A stretch of DNA of 64,000 bases. It comes from Escherichia phage ECML-606-1. The translations under genes and the position numbers were made by a program. The stretch lies in the sequence record OL631484.1. One strand, 5' to 3'. The first letter of the stretch is position 1. Each line of letters starts with the position of its first letter. Positions 26,665 to 36,556 of this stretch are shown piece after piece. The notes beneath the pieces were generated by a model. The model was given only the letters and a program-made list of their open reading frames with translations, was not told the origin of the DNA and ran no database searches.

Positions 26665-28080
26665 TCACTTTGGGGCAGTGGTAGGCTTCGGCTCGACCGA
26701 CGCTGGTTTGCCTGGCTGATTGCGGATCGTGGTAGCCAGCGCTCCCGGTCGCGTCGCAAAGTAGGTGTAACGCCATTTCCCGGTCTGGGTCTCCCAGTAT
26801 TTCACGCGCCAGCCTGAATCCTGATCTTCCCACGCCTCAGAGTAATACGCGGGCTTAGAATCGTTATCAGCATTGCGCTGCGCGATAGCTGCGGCCTCTC
26901 CGGTCGGCTTCCAGCCGTGCAGGTTGATCTCCTCACCTCCACGGTTCTGGATATGGCGCTGGTATTCAGCGCGAAGGGTGTCCTCAATTCTCGCCAGCTC
27001 AGCGGTTGCCTTACGGCCTGCTGCCGTACAGTAGAAGTGTGTCAGCTGCTCGAAGCGGTCAAAGCCGTTGGTCATGTTCAGGAACACTTTGGCCTTGCGG
27101 TCATACATCAGCTGGAGGTGTGGCTCCATCCATCCCTGCGTCGGGCGCTCTTTCATGTGAATGTGATACTCAGCCGTTTCTGTCCGGTCGTGCGGGATCA
27201 CATCCAGACGGTACAGATAGCCATGACGCCAGCAGCGCTTGTCTGTACGCAGGGTGCCATCGCTCAGCTCCTCCTCCGCGAGCTCCAGACGTTTCTCGCT
27301 GCCCGGCTTCACATCGGACAGGCCCAGCGAAACACGGCGGTGGACTTCCGCGATCATGCGCTGCGTCGTGTAATGGGGTTGCAGGGTGATGACCAGACCG
27401 CTGATTTTGGCACGCAGCGGGGCCAGCGGGTGCAAGCGCTTCACCACGTCCTCAATGGTTTCATCGCGCTGCTGCAAATGCAGCTGCCCGGACTCCAGCG
27501 GCTCGTAATCATCAGGGGCGGCGTGATCCAGTGTCAGCGCATCGACGGTCTTACCCTGCACCATACGCATACCACGGCCCAGCTGCGGGGCATGTACTAC
27601 CTGACTAACAGCCTCTTTCTGCTGCTCGGTCAGCTCAGGCTCCTCTACCGCGCGGGCCATCAGCTTTTGCAGGTCTGGGGTTGGGTTGGCTGGCGCTTCC
27701 AGCACTTCCTGAGGCACGACTGGACGCGTGCCACGGCCTGCTAATTGTACCCAAGGCTCACCGCCAGAAGGGAATCGGTCATTCAGATTGAGCACGTACT
27801 CAGCGTGGGCGAAGGCATCAGCCAGAGTCATCACCGGATCGATGTGAATGGTCTTGCCGTCATAAATCAGGTCAATGGGTTGGTTTGCAGCGACGGCACG
27901 GCCTACGGCGTTCAGGAGCGCTTCACCTTCTGCGGCGTGGAGTTGAGGCACTTCTTGCTGCTGGGCTTTTACCATTTCCAGACAGGACATAAACGACTCA
28001 GCTTTTGCCTCAGTAAACTTCTCATTGTGCAGGGCGTTAAATACAGCAACAGCGCGGGCAATAACGGATAATTTCGACAT
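26665..28080 (-). CDS. hypothetical protein (471 aa)
   Basis: long ORF, ATG at 28080; no motif recognised. Confidence 0.5.
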   Translation of the reverse strand: MSKLSVIARAVAVFNALHNEKFTEAKAESFMSCLEMVKAQQQEVPQLHAAEGEALLNAVGRAVAANQPIDLIYDGKTIHIDPVMTLADAFAHAEYVLNLNDRFPSGGEPWVQLAGRGTRPVVPQEVLEAPANPTPDLQKLMARAVEEPELTEQQKEAVSQVVHAPQLGRGMRMVQGKTVDALTLDHAAPDDYEPLESGQLHLQQRDETIEDVVKRLHPLAPLRAKISGLVITLQPHYTTQRMIAEVHRRVSLGLSDVKPGSEKRLELAEEELSDGTLRTDKRCWRHGYLYRLDVIPHDRTETAEYHIHMKERPTQGWMEPHLQLMYDRKAKVFLNMTNGFDRFEQLTHFYCTAAGRKATAELARIEDTLRAEYQRHIQNRGGEEINLHGWKPTGEAAAIAQRNADNDSKPAYYSEAWEDQDSGWRVKYWETQTGKWRYTYFATRPGALATTIRNQPGKPASVEPKPTTAPK

Positions 28081-28099
28081 TAAAGCATCCTTTGTTCAA

Positions 28100-28501
28100 T
28101 TAATTTTCTTGAAACAGCTTGTTGATTTCCAGCATTGCGGTACGGATAAAATCGCAATGCGCTTTATTTCTTACCAGACTGACGTTATTTTGACGCTCTA
28201 ACTTTTTGGCTACCTCCATCACTAATTTCAGGCTTTCAACGTTTGCGTTAATCTCGCATTCACGTTCTGCGGTGATCTCTGCCCACTTCTGGCCTACCGG
28301 GCGAACATGACGGCGCTCATAACGGTTTCCGCCCTCATACTCCCCGTTATGTTTGTAAAACTTCACGCCAGCCACGACGAACGTGTTTTTATAGACACGA
28401 TCAACGTTTATTTTGCGGTACACGTTGAATGTGTGTGAGCCGGGAACATCCACGCGCTCAGTAATTAAAACAACATCACCTTTCTTAACATTCTCGAACA
28501 T
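28100..28501 (-). CDS. hypothetical protein
   Basis: 133 aa; ATG at 28501 immediately after hairpin/U-run carrying GGAGGA. Confidence 0.45.
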   Translation of the reverse strand: MFENVKKGDVVLITERVDVPGSHTFNVYRKINVDRVYKNTFVVAGVKFYKHNGEYEGGNRYERRHVRPVGQKWAEITAERECEINANVESLKLVMEVAKKLERQNNVSLVRNKAHCDFIRTAMLEINKLFQEN

Positions 28502-28531
28502 AAAAAAAGTCCTCCGCTTGTGGGGAGGACT
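28502..28531 (-). terminator. hairpin plus U-run carrying SD of downstream gene
   Basis: AGUCCUCC-loop-GGAGGACU then U7 then ATG. Confidence 0.45.
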
Positions 28532-28558
28532 TTAGCGCGTTATCTTTTTTGACGCAAG

Positions 28559-28587
28559 AATTATTTACGGCATACGTGACGCATCAA
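28559..28587 (-). promoter_or_regulatory. sigma70-like promoter TTGATG-N17-ATAATT with CGTCACGTATGCCG element in spacer
   Basis: minus-strand hexamers; overlaps stop codon of methyltransferase gene. Confidence 0.35.
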
Positions 28588-30095
28588 AAGGCATCGTCAT
28601 CTTCATCAGGATCCGGCAGGTGCCGATCCTCGGTCTCCTCCGGGAATTCCTCTCCGGTGTAGAAGTGGACGGCCTTACGCCCGGTCAGGTTCTGCCAGCG
28701 ACGAATCGCCACATCAGCAAAGCCCAGATCGAGCTCCATCACGCGTGCGCATACGCCCATTCGCTCGGCGGCCACCAGTGAAGTACCAGAGCCGGAGAAG
28801 GGATCCACCATGATGTCATTCAGGCGCACGGTGTTCTTCATCATGCGCTCCCACAGCTCCACGGGCTTCTGCGTCGGGTGCAGGTCGCTGCGGTCAGGAC
28901 GCGGCACGCTGACCACGCTGCCCAGCATTGACTCCACCTTGGCGTCGCCTTCCACCCGCATGATGAGATCGCCGTACTGGAAATACCAGTTACCCTCGGC
29001 ATCCTGTTTGAATGGGCTTGAGTCGCCAAACTCCGCGACGGTCGTTTGCTTCCTGCCACCGTGCCAGCGGTGCTTGGCACCCTTGCGCCAGCCGTACAGG
29101 ATTGGTTCATGGATGCTTTGGAAGTCAGCCATGCCCAGTGTCATGCTGTTCTTCTTCCAGATGACATTCTGGGAGAAGTGGAAACCGACCTTTTCAAACG
29201 CCCAGCGCAGGCCATGGGCCATCTTGTCGGAGTGGCTGATATAGGTCACGCCGCCCGGCTGCATCGCGTCATAGGCGCAGCTCAGGACATTGACGAGGAA
29301 CTGATTAAAGTCCTCCTCGTTTTTCCAGTCGTTAGCGATCCCGCCAGTGCGCGAGCGCTCGCCTCCGATGGCCTTATCCATGCGCTTATTCTTCTTGCCC
29401 ACATCGACGTTATACGGGGGATCGGTCAGCATCATGTTGGCCTTCTCGCCCTGCATCAGCGCCAGCCAGCTTTCCGGCTGCTCAGCATCGCCAACATACA
29501 GGCGATGAGCGCCCAGCACCCACAAGTCGCCCGGACGGCTCTTTGGCTCGTCAGGAAGCGGTGGCGCATCATCGGGATCGCTGTCACCTCCTCCTCCCTC
29601 CATCGGCGGCAGCTTCATGATCTCGTCCAGCTGCTCAGGGTCGAAGCCGATAACATCCAGATCGTAGTCCAGATCAGCCAGGGCATTCATTTCGATGCGC
29701 AGCATGTCCATGTTCCACTCGGACGCCCGGCCCAGCTGGTTATCCGCGATGATGTACGCGCGGCGCTTAGCCTCATCCCAGCCAGTGCAGTCCAGCGTCG
29801 GCACCATGCCAATAGGGATCGGTGTGCCATCCGGGAAAGCAATTTGCTTGCCCTCGCTGTACAGCTTCATCGCTGCCAGCTGGCGTCCATGGCCTGCCAC
29901 AATCCCTTGCTCATCGACGAGGATGGCGTTAGTCCACCCGAATTCAAGCATTGACGCGGCGACCTTCTGGACGTGCGCCGGGCTATGGTCGTTTGAGTTG
30001 TTCACGTAGGGGATGAGGCTATCAACCGGGCGCAGCCGGATCATCGGGGGGATCACGTCCAGCCCCAACATCTTGTTAAAATCTTTATCAGCCAC
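28584..30095 (-). CDS. DNA methyltransferase with N-terminal ParB-like nuclease domain
   Basis: ParB/Srx-like VAGHGRQLAA; methyltransferase motif IV LTDPPYNV before motif I VDPFSGSGTS (beta-class N6A/N4C order). Confidence 0.7.
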   Translation of the reverse strand: MADKDFNKMLGLDVIPPMIRLRPVDSLIPYVNNSNDHSPAHVQKVAASMLEFGWTNAILVDEQGIVAGHGRQLAAMKLYSEGKQIAFPDGTPIPIGMVPTLDCTGWDEAKRRAYIIADNQLGRASEWNMDMLRIEMNALADLDYDLDVIGFDPEQLDEIMKLPPMEGGGGDSDPDDAPPLPDEPKSRPGDLWVLGAHRLYVGDAEQPESWLALMQGEKANMMLTDPPYNVDVGKKNKRMDKAIGGERSRTGGIANDWKNEEDFNQFLVNVLSCAYDAMQPGGVTYISHSDKMAHGLRWAFEKVGFHFSQNVIWKKNSMTLGMADFQSIHEPILYGWRKGAKHRWHGGRKQTTVAEFGDSSPFKQDAEGNWYFQYGDLIMRVEGDAKVESMLGSVVSVPRPDRSDLHPTQKPVELWERMMKNTVRLNDIMVDPFSGSGTSLVAAERMGVCARVMELDLGFADVAIRRWQNLTGRKAVHFYTGEEFPEETEDRHLPDPDEDDDAF

Positions 30096-30630
30096 GTTCG
30101 ATCACCACTCTAATGTTGGTTTCATTGCCATTGCCCTTATCCAGCCCCCACGCCTTACGCTCCCCGTTCTGGGTATTGGTCAGCGTTTCGGAGGTGATTT
30201 TGGCGAGTTTAGCCAGATCAAAGTTTTTGTCTTTGATGGCCTGATAGGCGAGGGTGCGCGGGTAGTCCCATTCCTTCTGGTGCTTCTCCAGCAGGTTGGC
30301 GCGAGCCAGCGCAGCGAACTCGGCGGTAATCTCATCCGCCAGCGCGTTGAGCTCGTCCTCAGTGACTACGCCCAGTTTGGCCCGGCGCTTCTTGAACTCC
30401 TCCAGCGCCTCTTTGCTCATCCCGCTCAGGTTGGGATCCTGCTTGCACCAGCCCTCCACGCGGACTTTGCCAGAAATGGTGTCAGGCGCTACGTTAAATT
30501 CCTTGGCGAGAAGCGACGGCGTGGCTTCCGGGTCACTCTCGTAACGGATCCGCAGTGCCGTCCATGCCTCTGCCGACAGCTTGACGCGAGGCTTACGCCC
30601 CGTGGCTTTTGTCTTGCGTGGCGTCACCAT
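30088..30630 (-). CDS. putative DNA-binding protein (HTH-like)
   Basis: 180 aa, basic N-terminus, LAKEFNVAPDTIS helix-turn-helix-like segment. Confidence 0.35.
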   Translation of the reverse strand: MVTPRKTKATGRKPRVKLSAEAWTALRIRYESDPEATPSLLAKEFNVAPDTISGKVRVEGWCKQDPNLSGMSKEALEEFKKRRAKLGVVTEDELNALADEITAEFAALARANLLEKHQKEWDYPRTLAYQAIKDKNFDLAKLAKITSETLTNTQNGERKAWGLDKGNGNETNIRVVIERG

Positions 30631-30789
30631 GATTTCCTCCTTTAGCGCCGTCCTTGGCGCGGGTGTTAATGACTGGTTTCCTGACGTTTCTTTTCCTCTG
30701 CGGTGCAGAGGTCAAGCAGCGTCTGCGAGTGGGCAGCGAAAGACTGCGCCAGCGTTGAGAGGCTGTTTCTCAGGTTGTGCATGTTGCGA

Positions 30790-31194
30790 TCATCGGCCTG
30801 CACGGCTACATGCGTCAGATGAGCAGCGGTGTTTGCACTGTCCTTTGCCAGCTCCAGCAGGCTTGGGATCGGTGTGAACATCGAACAATTCAGCATCGAG
30901 GTTTCGGACATTTGGGGTCTCCTTGCGGACGAATAACTGGTGGAATCGTGCGGGCTGCAACAGGAGTGTGCCGCCTCGCGGTGCGGTAACGAGGTATTGC
31001 CCGGCCTGCGGGCGCATCAGGGTGGCCCACTCAGGATTCACTACCAGCGGCGCGATATCCTCATGGAACACGATGACCATGCCTGCGGTCGGGTGCAATT
31101 TCATATCCCGGATGCGGTGCGCTGTCACCATGGGCAGCTGGTACGGCACGCGGGGGCGATAATGGCTCAGGCCAAACGGGCTATTCTTCTGCAT
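30790..31194 (-). CDS. hypothetical protein
   Basis: 134 aa, ATG at 31194; overlaps a second small ORF (30666-30911), only one may be real. Confidence 0.3.
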   Translation of the reverse strand: MQKNSPFGLSHYRPRVPYQLPMVTAHRIRDMKLHPTAGMVIVFHEDIAPLVVNPEWATLMRPQAGQYLVTAPRGGTLLLQPARFHQLFVRKETPNVRNLDAELFDVHTDPKPAGAGKGQCKHRCSSDACSRAGR

Positions 31195-31582
31195 GACTTC
31201 CTACCCATCCAAACGGGGTTTTCACATAGCCAGCCGCAATCATGGAGGCGTCTGACAGCTCTTTGAGGCGGGCGTACAGCTCCGGCGCTTTCCCATCCGC
31301 GTTTCGCTTTCCGCGCTCGTACAGCAGGCAGAGATCTTCCCACTCATCCAGATAAGGCGCGATGCGCGGGCAGTTGGCTTTCATCTGCGGGAAGTAACCG
31401 CGCAGCTCAGGCACGGCTTTGATGAGGCGATAGCAGCGACCGAAGTCACTGGCATCATGCGGGATGTCGCCACCTTTCAGCGGGCGCAGGGCGGCTTTCA
31501 GCATGGTTTTCGATGATGCCCCGGTGTCGCTGCTCAGCGACCACTCCAGCATTTTAAACATCATATCGACGGGCATGGTCAT
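31181..31582 (-). CDS. hypothetical protein
   Basis: 133 aa ORF in gene chain. Confidence 0.4.
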   Translation of the reverse strand: MTMPVDMMFKMLEWSLSSDTGASSKTMLKAALRPLKGGDIPHDASDFGRCYRLIKAVPELRGYFPQMKANCPRIAPYLDEWEDLCLLYERGKRNADGKAPELYARLKELSDASMIAAGYVKTPFGWVGSHAEE

Positions 31583-31878
31583 GCGCCGGGCCCTCCAGCA
31601 ACGTGACGCGCCGGGCCATCCTCAGGCCATCCGCCATCAACGGGCGCTGGAATGGCTTTCGGGTATTGTACGGTGTCATTGTCATCGCGCAGGCAGGAGA
31701 TCGCCCGGTTGTTCGCTGTCCAGCAGGTTACGCCCAGCTCGCTGTCATGGATTCTGGTAATGACACTGGAGAGCACCTTTACGTTTGCGCGGGTACTATC
31801 CTCGGCAGGGTTCTGATCGTAGCAGGAGGCGACCAGAAACGGCACCAGCGCGGCGATCAGCAGTTTGGCCTTCATCAT
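31579..31878 (-). CDS. putative lipoprotein
   Basis: signal peptide MMKAKLLIAALVPFLVASC with lipobox-like LVASC. Confidence 0.5.
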   Translation of the reverse strand: MMKAKLLIAALVPFLVASCYDQNPAEDSTRANVKVLSSVITRIHDSELGVTCWTANNRAISCLRDDNDTVQYPKAIPAPVDGGWPEDGPARHVAGGPGA

Positions 31879-31950
31879 TGGGTTGTCCTTGTTAAAAAGC
31901 GCTCAGAGAGCGTCTGAGCGCGTTATGGTTGATTCTATTCTTTTTTGCGA

Positions 31951-32823
31951 CTACTCGCCAGAGCTAGGGCAGACGTGAACCGAATCACTGGCGTAGCACA
32001 GCAGGCATTTCGGGCAGTGCATCACATGGGATGTCTTATGGCTAACCAATGGCACCGCGCAGGTGTGAGGTGTCCCTGCTTGGTAAACAGCTCCACAGTG
32101 CTTGCAGCTTTCTGTGTGAACTGATCCCTGCCAGTGTTGCAGGTTGTTGTTTGGGTTCCACGGGCTCTTTGGATCCTTCCAGTCGAATGGCGTAACGAAC
32201 TCGCCGGGGCGCAGCTCAACAGCGTTTTTCGGTGCCTGATTTCCCCAGCTATCCCATCCCGGATAAGCGTCGCGCGCGAACAGCTCAATGCGCGGCACAT
32301 CGCCGTATAGCTCCTCGATGCGGTGGAAAATCTCTTTCGGCTTCTGGGAGTGCTCGCCCAGACAGGAGAAGATGATCTGGCGCACGCCGTTACTGACGCG
32401 CTCCAGACCTTTCCCGCGCACGGCGATCAGGCAGTCCTCGGAGTTGGCCCGGCTGTAGTTGCCACCGTTGATTTTTACCTCGGAATTCAGGAAGTCCAGC
32501 ATGTCCTCCCAGTCGAAGAATTCCGACTTGTCCAGCTTGCGGTTGAAGCGCTCCCCAGCGTTCTTGTTGAACTTCACCCACGTAAAGCCCTTCATGGTGC
32601 GCACATCGAAGCCCCACGCCTCAGCCAGCGCGATAGCCTCCTGCGCGTGGGTGGAGGTGTACCACATAATCAGCACAGCATCGTCATCAGCCAGCGACCA
32701 GACCGGGAGGCGCTTGATGTCCTCTTTCTTCATGGTCAGGTAGTGGTTTTCAGCGGCACCGTTGCTGATTGTGTTGTCGTAGTGCCATGGCGGATCAGCC
32801 AGGATAACTTTGTACTTAGCCAT
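31951..32823 (-). CDS. MT-A70-like adenine methyltransferase
   Basis: N-terminal ILADPPWHY (DPPW) motif; Cys-rich C-terminus. Confidence 0.6.
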   Translation of the reverse strand: MAKYKVILADPPWHYDNTISNGAAENHYLTMKKEDIKRLPVWSLADDDAVLIMWYTSTHAQEAIALAEAWGFDVRTMKGFTWVKFNKNAGERFNRKLDKSEFFDWEDMLDFLNSEVKINGGNYSRANSEDCLIAVRGKGLERVSNGVRQIIFSCLGEHSQKPKEIFHRIEELYGDVPRIELFARDAYPGWDSWGNQAPKNAVELRPGEFVTPFDWKDPKSPWNPNNNLQHWQGSVHTESCKHCGAVYQAGTPHTCAVPLVSHKTSHVMHCPKCLLCYASDSVHVCPSSGE

Positions 32824-33379
32824 GAGGCTTCTCCTGATTGGTGGCGTCCAGCGCGATTTCCAGCGCTGCCATTGTTTCTTGCTTGGTCATATCCCCACGC
32901 TTCCCGGTGAAGACGGCAAGCACGTTATGCGCAGCCTCGCGCAGGTTATCGACGTATGTCACCAGCGAGCCCCCCTCAGGGATGCCGCACTCCTCGACCA
33001 GCTGATAATAAATATCACCAGCGGCGCGGTAAGCTGTTTGCCCGGTGCCCGGATTAATCAGCAGCTCCTCACGCAGAGCATCGCGCTCGCGGTTGGTTCT
33101 GCCCAGCACGGCGATCAGGCGGGCCAGCTCTTTATCCTTCTCGGACAGCTTCACTTCCTGCTGTTCCAGCAGCGTGGTCAGCTCAGCGTTGGCGTCGCGC
33201 TGGCTGTCCACTTCGCCGGGGCTCATTCTGCCCAGCTGGGAGAGCAGGCCAGCGACCTCGCCACGGGTGAGCACCAAACAGTTAACATTGGCGTTATGCA
33301 GTCGCACCAGTGATTTGAACTGCTGGAGCAGGGTTTTGTAATCGCCTGCTGGTTCAGGGTTAAATTCGACGATAGCCAT
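32816..33379 (-). CDS. hypothetical protein
   Basis: 187 aa, coiled-coil-like middle. Confidence 0.4.
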   Translation of the reverse strand: MAIVEFNPEPAGDYKTLLQQFKSLVRLHNANVNCLVLTRGEVAGLLSQLGRMSPGEVDSQRDANAELTTLLEQQEVKLSEKDKELARLIAVLGRTNRERDALREELLINPGTGQTAYRAAGDIYYQLVEECGIPEGGSLVTYVDNLREAAHNVLAVFTGKRGDMTKQETMAALEIALDATNQEKPHG

Positions 33380-33381
33380 GG

Positions 33382-33858
33382 TTAATCCTTGAAAAAAGTT
33401 ACCCAGTGGGTGTTGGCCCGGATGCCGGACGGATGACCAAAGGCGGGCTTCATTTCCGCCAGTTTAAGCAGCTCGCGGGTTGGCACATGCAGCTCATTCC
33501 ACTTGAAGATCAGCGTGCCGTGTGGCTTGAGCACGCGCCATGCCTCAGCGAATCCGGCGCGGATGTCCTCGCGCCATGTCTTTTTGTTCAGGATGCCGTA
33601 CTTCTTGCCCTGCCAGCCATTAGGGCCGCACTTGAGCAGATGAGGCGGGTCGAACACGATGAGGCTAAACGTGGCGTCGGCAAACGGCAGCGCCCGGAAG
33701 TCAGCCACGATGTCGGGATGGATTTTCAGCTCCCGGTCATCGCATAAGATATGCTCCTCGTCCCTGATATCCATGAAGACGACGCGAGGATCCTCCCGGT
33801 CGAACCAAAACATGCGCGAACCGCAGCACATGTCGAGAATGGGTTTGTTAGTGGTCAT
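33382..33858 (-). CDS. putative SAM-dependent DNA methyltransferase
   Basis: ILDMCCGSRMF (motif I-like) and LIVFDPPHLL (DPPH). Confidence 0.5.
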   Translation of the reverse strand: MTTNKPILDMCCGSRMFWFDREDPRVVFMDIRDEEHILCDDRELKIHPDIVADFRALPFADATFSLIVFDPPHLLKCGPNGWQGKKYGILNKKTWREDIRAGFAEAWRVLKPHGTLIFKWNELHVPTRELLKLAEMKPAFGHPSGIRANTHWVTFFKD

Positions 33859-34091
33859 GCGGCCTTCTTTTTGGTTTTGTGGTACACGGCCCAGCTCAGG
33901 GCGTTCAGCTTATCCATCCCTTTGCGGTCATACATGAAGATGGTCGGTACGCCGCGCTCAGTCAGGCGTCCATCCTCGTTGCGCGGGTTGGCGTGCTCCT
34001 CTTTGACCTGCCGCTCCAGCTCGGCAAGGTCATCGAAAGAGTGCTGGGCCAGCAAGTGCGCTTTCCAGCCGTAATTACGAATTTTCGCCAT
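33855..34091 (-). CDS. hypothetical protein
   Basis: 78 aa ORF, ATGA-type coupling. Confidence 0.35.
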   Translation of the reverse strand: MAKIRNYGWKAHLLAQHSFDDLAELERQVKEEHANPRNEDGRLTERGVPTIFMYDRKGMDKLNALSWAVYHKTKKKAA

Positions 34092-34509
34092 CTTCCGGCT
34101 CCACGTACTTGAATACGCGATAGCGAAGCATATTCACGCCATCAGCTTGGAAGCGGCTGGACTGAGAGCCCAGATATGGATCCACGTACCAGCCCGGTTC
34201 CTGACAGTTGTCCAGCAGCCATTGCTCCAGCTGCTCACGGTTCAGATAGCCATCCGGCTCAGCAACGCGACGATCCTCGCATACGCGATGCTTCCCAACG
34301 TGGGCCAGCCCGCGAACGGTAAAGGTGCAGTCGATACGGGCCTGCCCGCTAATCGCGCGGGTGAAGTCTTCCAGCGACAGCTCCACTTCTAAAAACTGCC
34401 CTTTGCTCGCATCATCAATCATCGTGATGGTCATGCACTCTTTGCCGTCGCCGCGCGAAGGGCGTCCCATGGTAATTTTGCCTTTATGCTTCACGTTCTC
34501 TCTCCTCAT
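34075..34509 (-). CDS. hypothetical protein
   Basis: 144 aa ORF in gene chain. Confidence 0.4.
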   Translation of the reverse strand: MRRENVKHKGKITMGRPSRGDGKECMTITMIDDASKGQFLEVELSLEDFTRAISGQARIDCTFTVRGLAHVGKHRVCEDRRVAEPDGYLNREQLEQWLLDNCQEPGWYVDPYLGSQSSRFQADGVNMLRYRVFKYVEPEDGENS

Positions 34510-34975
34510 GCGCTACGCCGGAATCGCGCAGCAGCTCGGTCGCATCATCGACAGTGGTCACGATCACCCATGAATCGGGGTTCATCATGTCTTCCATCGT
34601 GCGCCCGTTGGTTGCCAGCTTGCGGGCCAGCTTCTTCTCCATCTGGTGATTCTCGTCCTCGATCACCTTGATGAAAGACTCAGGGAAAAAGCTGGTCGCC
34701 ATCTGCTCCAGCGTCTTGCGCAGGCGCGGGGATTCAACAGAGCGCAGGCGGTAGCGGGCGCAGCCATTCAGCGCTTGGCGCACGCTGCGCTTGTCATACT
34801 TGGCGGCGGCACGGCACAGGTTGAGGATGTCCAGCGTGTCCGGGAACTCAGCATACTGGCTGAGGCGGATCATCTGCTGGACGGGGCTCAGTTTCATGGG
34901 TCGGTTATCCTTGCGTTGGTTATTCTTCGAGTACAGCAGCCAGCTTCTTCCTGGCATCTTTGAGTTGTTGCGCAT
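34484..34975 (-). CDS. hypothetical protein
   Basis: 163 aa ORF; start may be internal. Confidence 0.35.
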   Translation of the reverse strand: MRNNSKMPGRSWLLYSKNNQRKDNRPMKLSPVQQMIRLSQYAEFPDTLDILNLCRAAAKYDKRSVRQALNGCARYRLRSVESPRLRKTLEQMATSFFPESFIKVIEDENHQMEKKLARKLATNGRTMEDMMNPDSWVIVTTVDDATELLRDSGVAHEEREREA

Positions 34976-35144
34976 ACATCCAGTCAGTGCCCCCGTACTC
35001 GCGGCGAATGGTGATATCTACAGTCCGCCCATCGTCGAGGCGGCGGCGCAGGTAATACCCGCCATACGGGAAATGCTCATCGGCTGGAATGGGCATATTG
35101 GTGATTTTCTTAGCCATAGCGGGCCTCTCTCTCTTTGGTGGCAA
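34920..35144 (-). CDS. hypothetical protein
   Basis: 74 aa ORF. Confidence 0.3.
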   Translation of the reverse strand: MPPKRERPAMAKKITNMPIPADEHFPYGGYYLRRRLDDGRTVDITIRREYGGTDWMYAQQLKDARKKLAAVLEE

Positions 35145-35367
35145 AGTGCAGTTTCATTACACGTTCGTGTAACTCCATTCTGGCATCACGGCCTCGCTTT
35201 TTCTCGATGGCATCAAGCAGCGCGTAACGGTCTGCCTTGCTAGGCAGGTTCAGCACGTACCGGGCTTCACATTCCAGTAACCACTCGCGGGAATCGCTTG
35301 GCACCTGCCGACCGTCCACCAGCTCCACCAGTGGGGCCTTCCAGCTGCACGCGTTTCTCGTTTCCAT
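35110..35367 (-). CDS. hypothetical protein
   Basis: 85 aa; AAGGAG SD before ATG 35367; promoter upstream. Confidence 0.45.
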   Translation of the reverse strand: METRNACSWKAPLVELVDGRQVPSDSREWLLECEARYVLNLPSKADRYALLDAIEKKRGRDARMELHERVMKLHFATKEREARYG

Positions 35368-35397
35368 GGCTCGCTCCTTACGTCATTGACGCCGTTG

Positions 35398-35425
35398 ATA
35401 ATACATCATTTATGATGCGACGCAA
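35398..35425 (-). promoter_or_regulatory. sigma70-like promoter TTGCGT-N16-TATTAT with CATCAT-AA-ATGATG palindrome in spacer
   Basis: minus-strand hexamers; ACGTCA-TTGACG element in 5' UTR. Confidence 0.45.
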
Positions 35426-35468
35426 ACAAAAAAGGCCCGCGTTAGCGAGCCTTATCAAGATCTGGAAG

Positions 35469-35939
35469 TTATCGGATGGTGTGGAATGTTGCGCCAGATT
35501 CATTCATCACAAAAACTTCATCACCCGGATAGAGCAGCTGATACATCGTGCCGGACAGCCACTTATTGTCAGCGTGATGCGGGCGGTCAGGGCTTTCGGT
35601 GTTAGAAAGCAAGATCCCGATACAATTGGCGAGGCACTGGAACGGACGGCGTGCGGTGTAATGCTCCTCAGGGCAATCAGGCTGTGTACACTCGGCGTCT
35701 TTCCAAGTCTGGCAGAAATATTCCAGGTAATCGTAAGCCGGGCAATCAGTCCATTTTTCAGCTGGTGGCATGAATCTTGTGCCTGTCACGGCTTCCTCGT
35801 TTTTGTCTGCGGCTTCGCGGTTGTAGCATTCAAGAAGCATTTCCATGCACTGCTCGAACTGCGCAGAGTCTGGCAAGGCAATGCCGATGATATCAGTAGG
35901 GAAGCTGATAAAGTTTTGGATCTTGGTCTTGTAAATCAT
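35469..35939 (-). CDS. hypothetical protein (Cys-rich)
   Basis: 156 aa. Confidence 0.4.
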   Translation of the reverse strand: MIYKTKIQNFISFPTDIIGIALPDSAQFEQCMEMLLECYNREAADKNEEAVTGTRFMPPAEKWTDCPAYDYLEYFCQTWKDAECTQPDCPEEHYTARRPFQCLANCIGILLSNTESPDRPHHADNKWLSGTMYQLLYPGDEVFVMNESGATFHTIR

Positions 35940-36005
35940 GGTAAGTCTCCTGAGTCGTATCGAAGTCGATTAAAGCCGCATCGCTGCGGCATCAGGAGAA
36001 TACTG

Positions 36006-36251
36006 TCACGACGCGGACTTAATCAGCCCCACTTTGGAATCAGCGCCGATCATCAGATCGTGACTACCGCAGAGAATGCGGTCGTGGTTCACAATCCCGA
36101 TAGCCCGGCAAAGCAGCTGGCGTCTACGGGCCCGATTGATGCGCTTAGGGAAGTTCAGGGGAATGACGCTTATTTGCCCATCGTAGAATGCTGCTTCGGC
36201 CTCCTCGTCCAGCAGTGCGATATGAGCGGTAATTACTCTCAGCAGGTTCAT
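36006..36251 (-). CDS. hypothetical protein
   Basis: 81 aa ORF. Confidence 0.3.
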   Translation of the reverse strand: MNLLRVITAHIALLDEEAEAAFYDGQISVIPLNFPKRINRARRRQLLCRAIGIVNHDRILCGSHDLMIGADSKVGLIKSAS

Positions 36252-36556
36252 TTCGGTCTCCTTGCTAACCAGAGAAGCTCAGCCGCCAGACACAGAATGT
36301 CAGCCGTAGACTCAGGCATCTTGAGGCAGGGCTGCATTGGCACCTTGCGCGTCCAGATGTCATGGGGCTGCGTAGCCCAGCGCTGAATGGAGTTAAACGG
36401 GACGCCAGTCATTTCGCTGATAGCCTCAACGTCATGCCCGGCCTGAAACAGCTTGCGGCAGATAGCGATGACCGCAGACGGGTACTGGTCATGCCGGACG
36501 GCACGCCCTCCGGTCAGCTCCGCGATCCGCTTGTAGAGTGGGGTGCGGCGTTTCAT
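36248..36556 (-). CDS. hypothetical protein, possible HTH
   Basis: 102 aa; EAISEMTGVPFNSIQRW helix-turn-helix-like. Confidence 0.35.
   Translation of the reverse strand: MKRRTPLYKRIAELTGGRAVRHDQYPSAVIAICRKLFQAGHDVEAISEMTGVPFNSIQRWATQPHDIWTRKVPMQPCLKMPESTADILCLAAELLWLARRPK

Noticed and set aside
30666-30911. 81-aa minus-strand ORF overlapping the 30790-31194 ORF by about 120 nt
   Set aside because: Cannot decide by eye which of the two overlapping frames is real; left uncalled pending comparative or expression evidence
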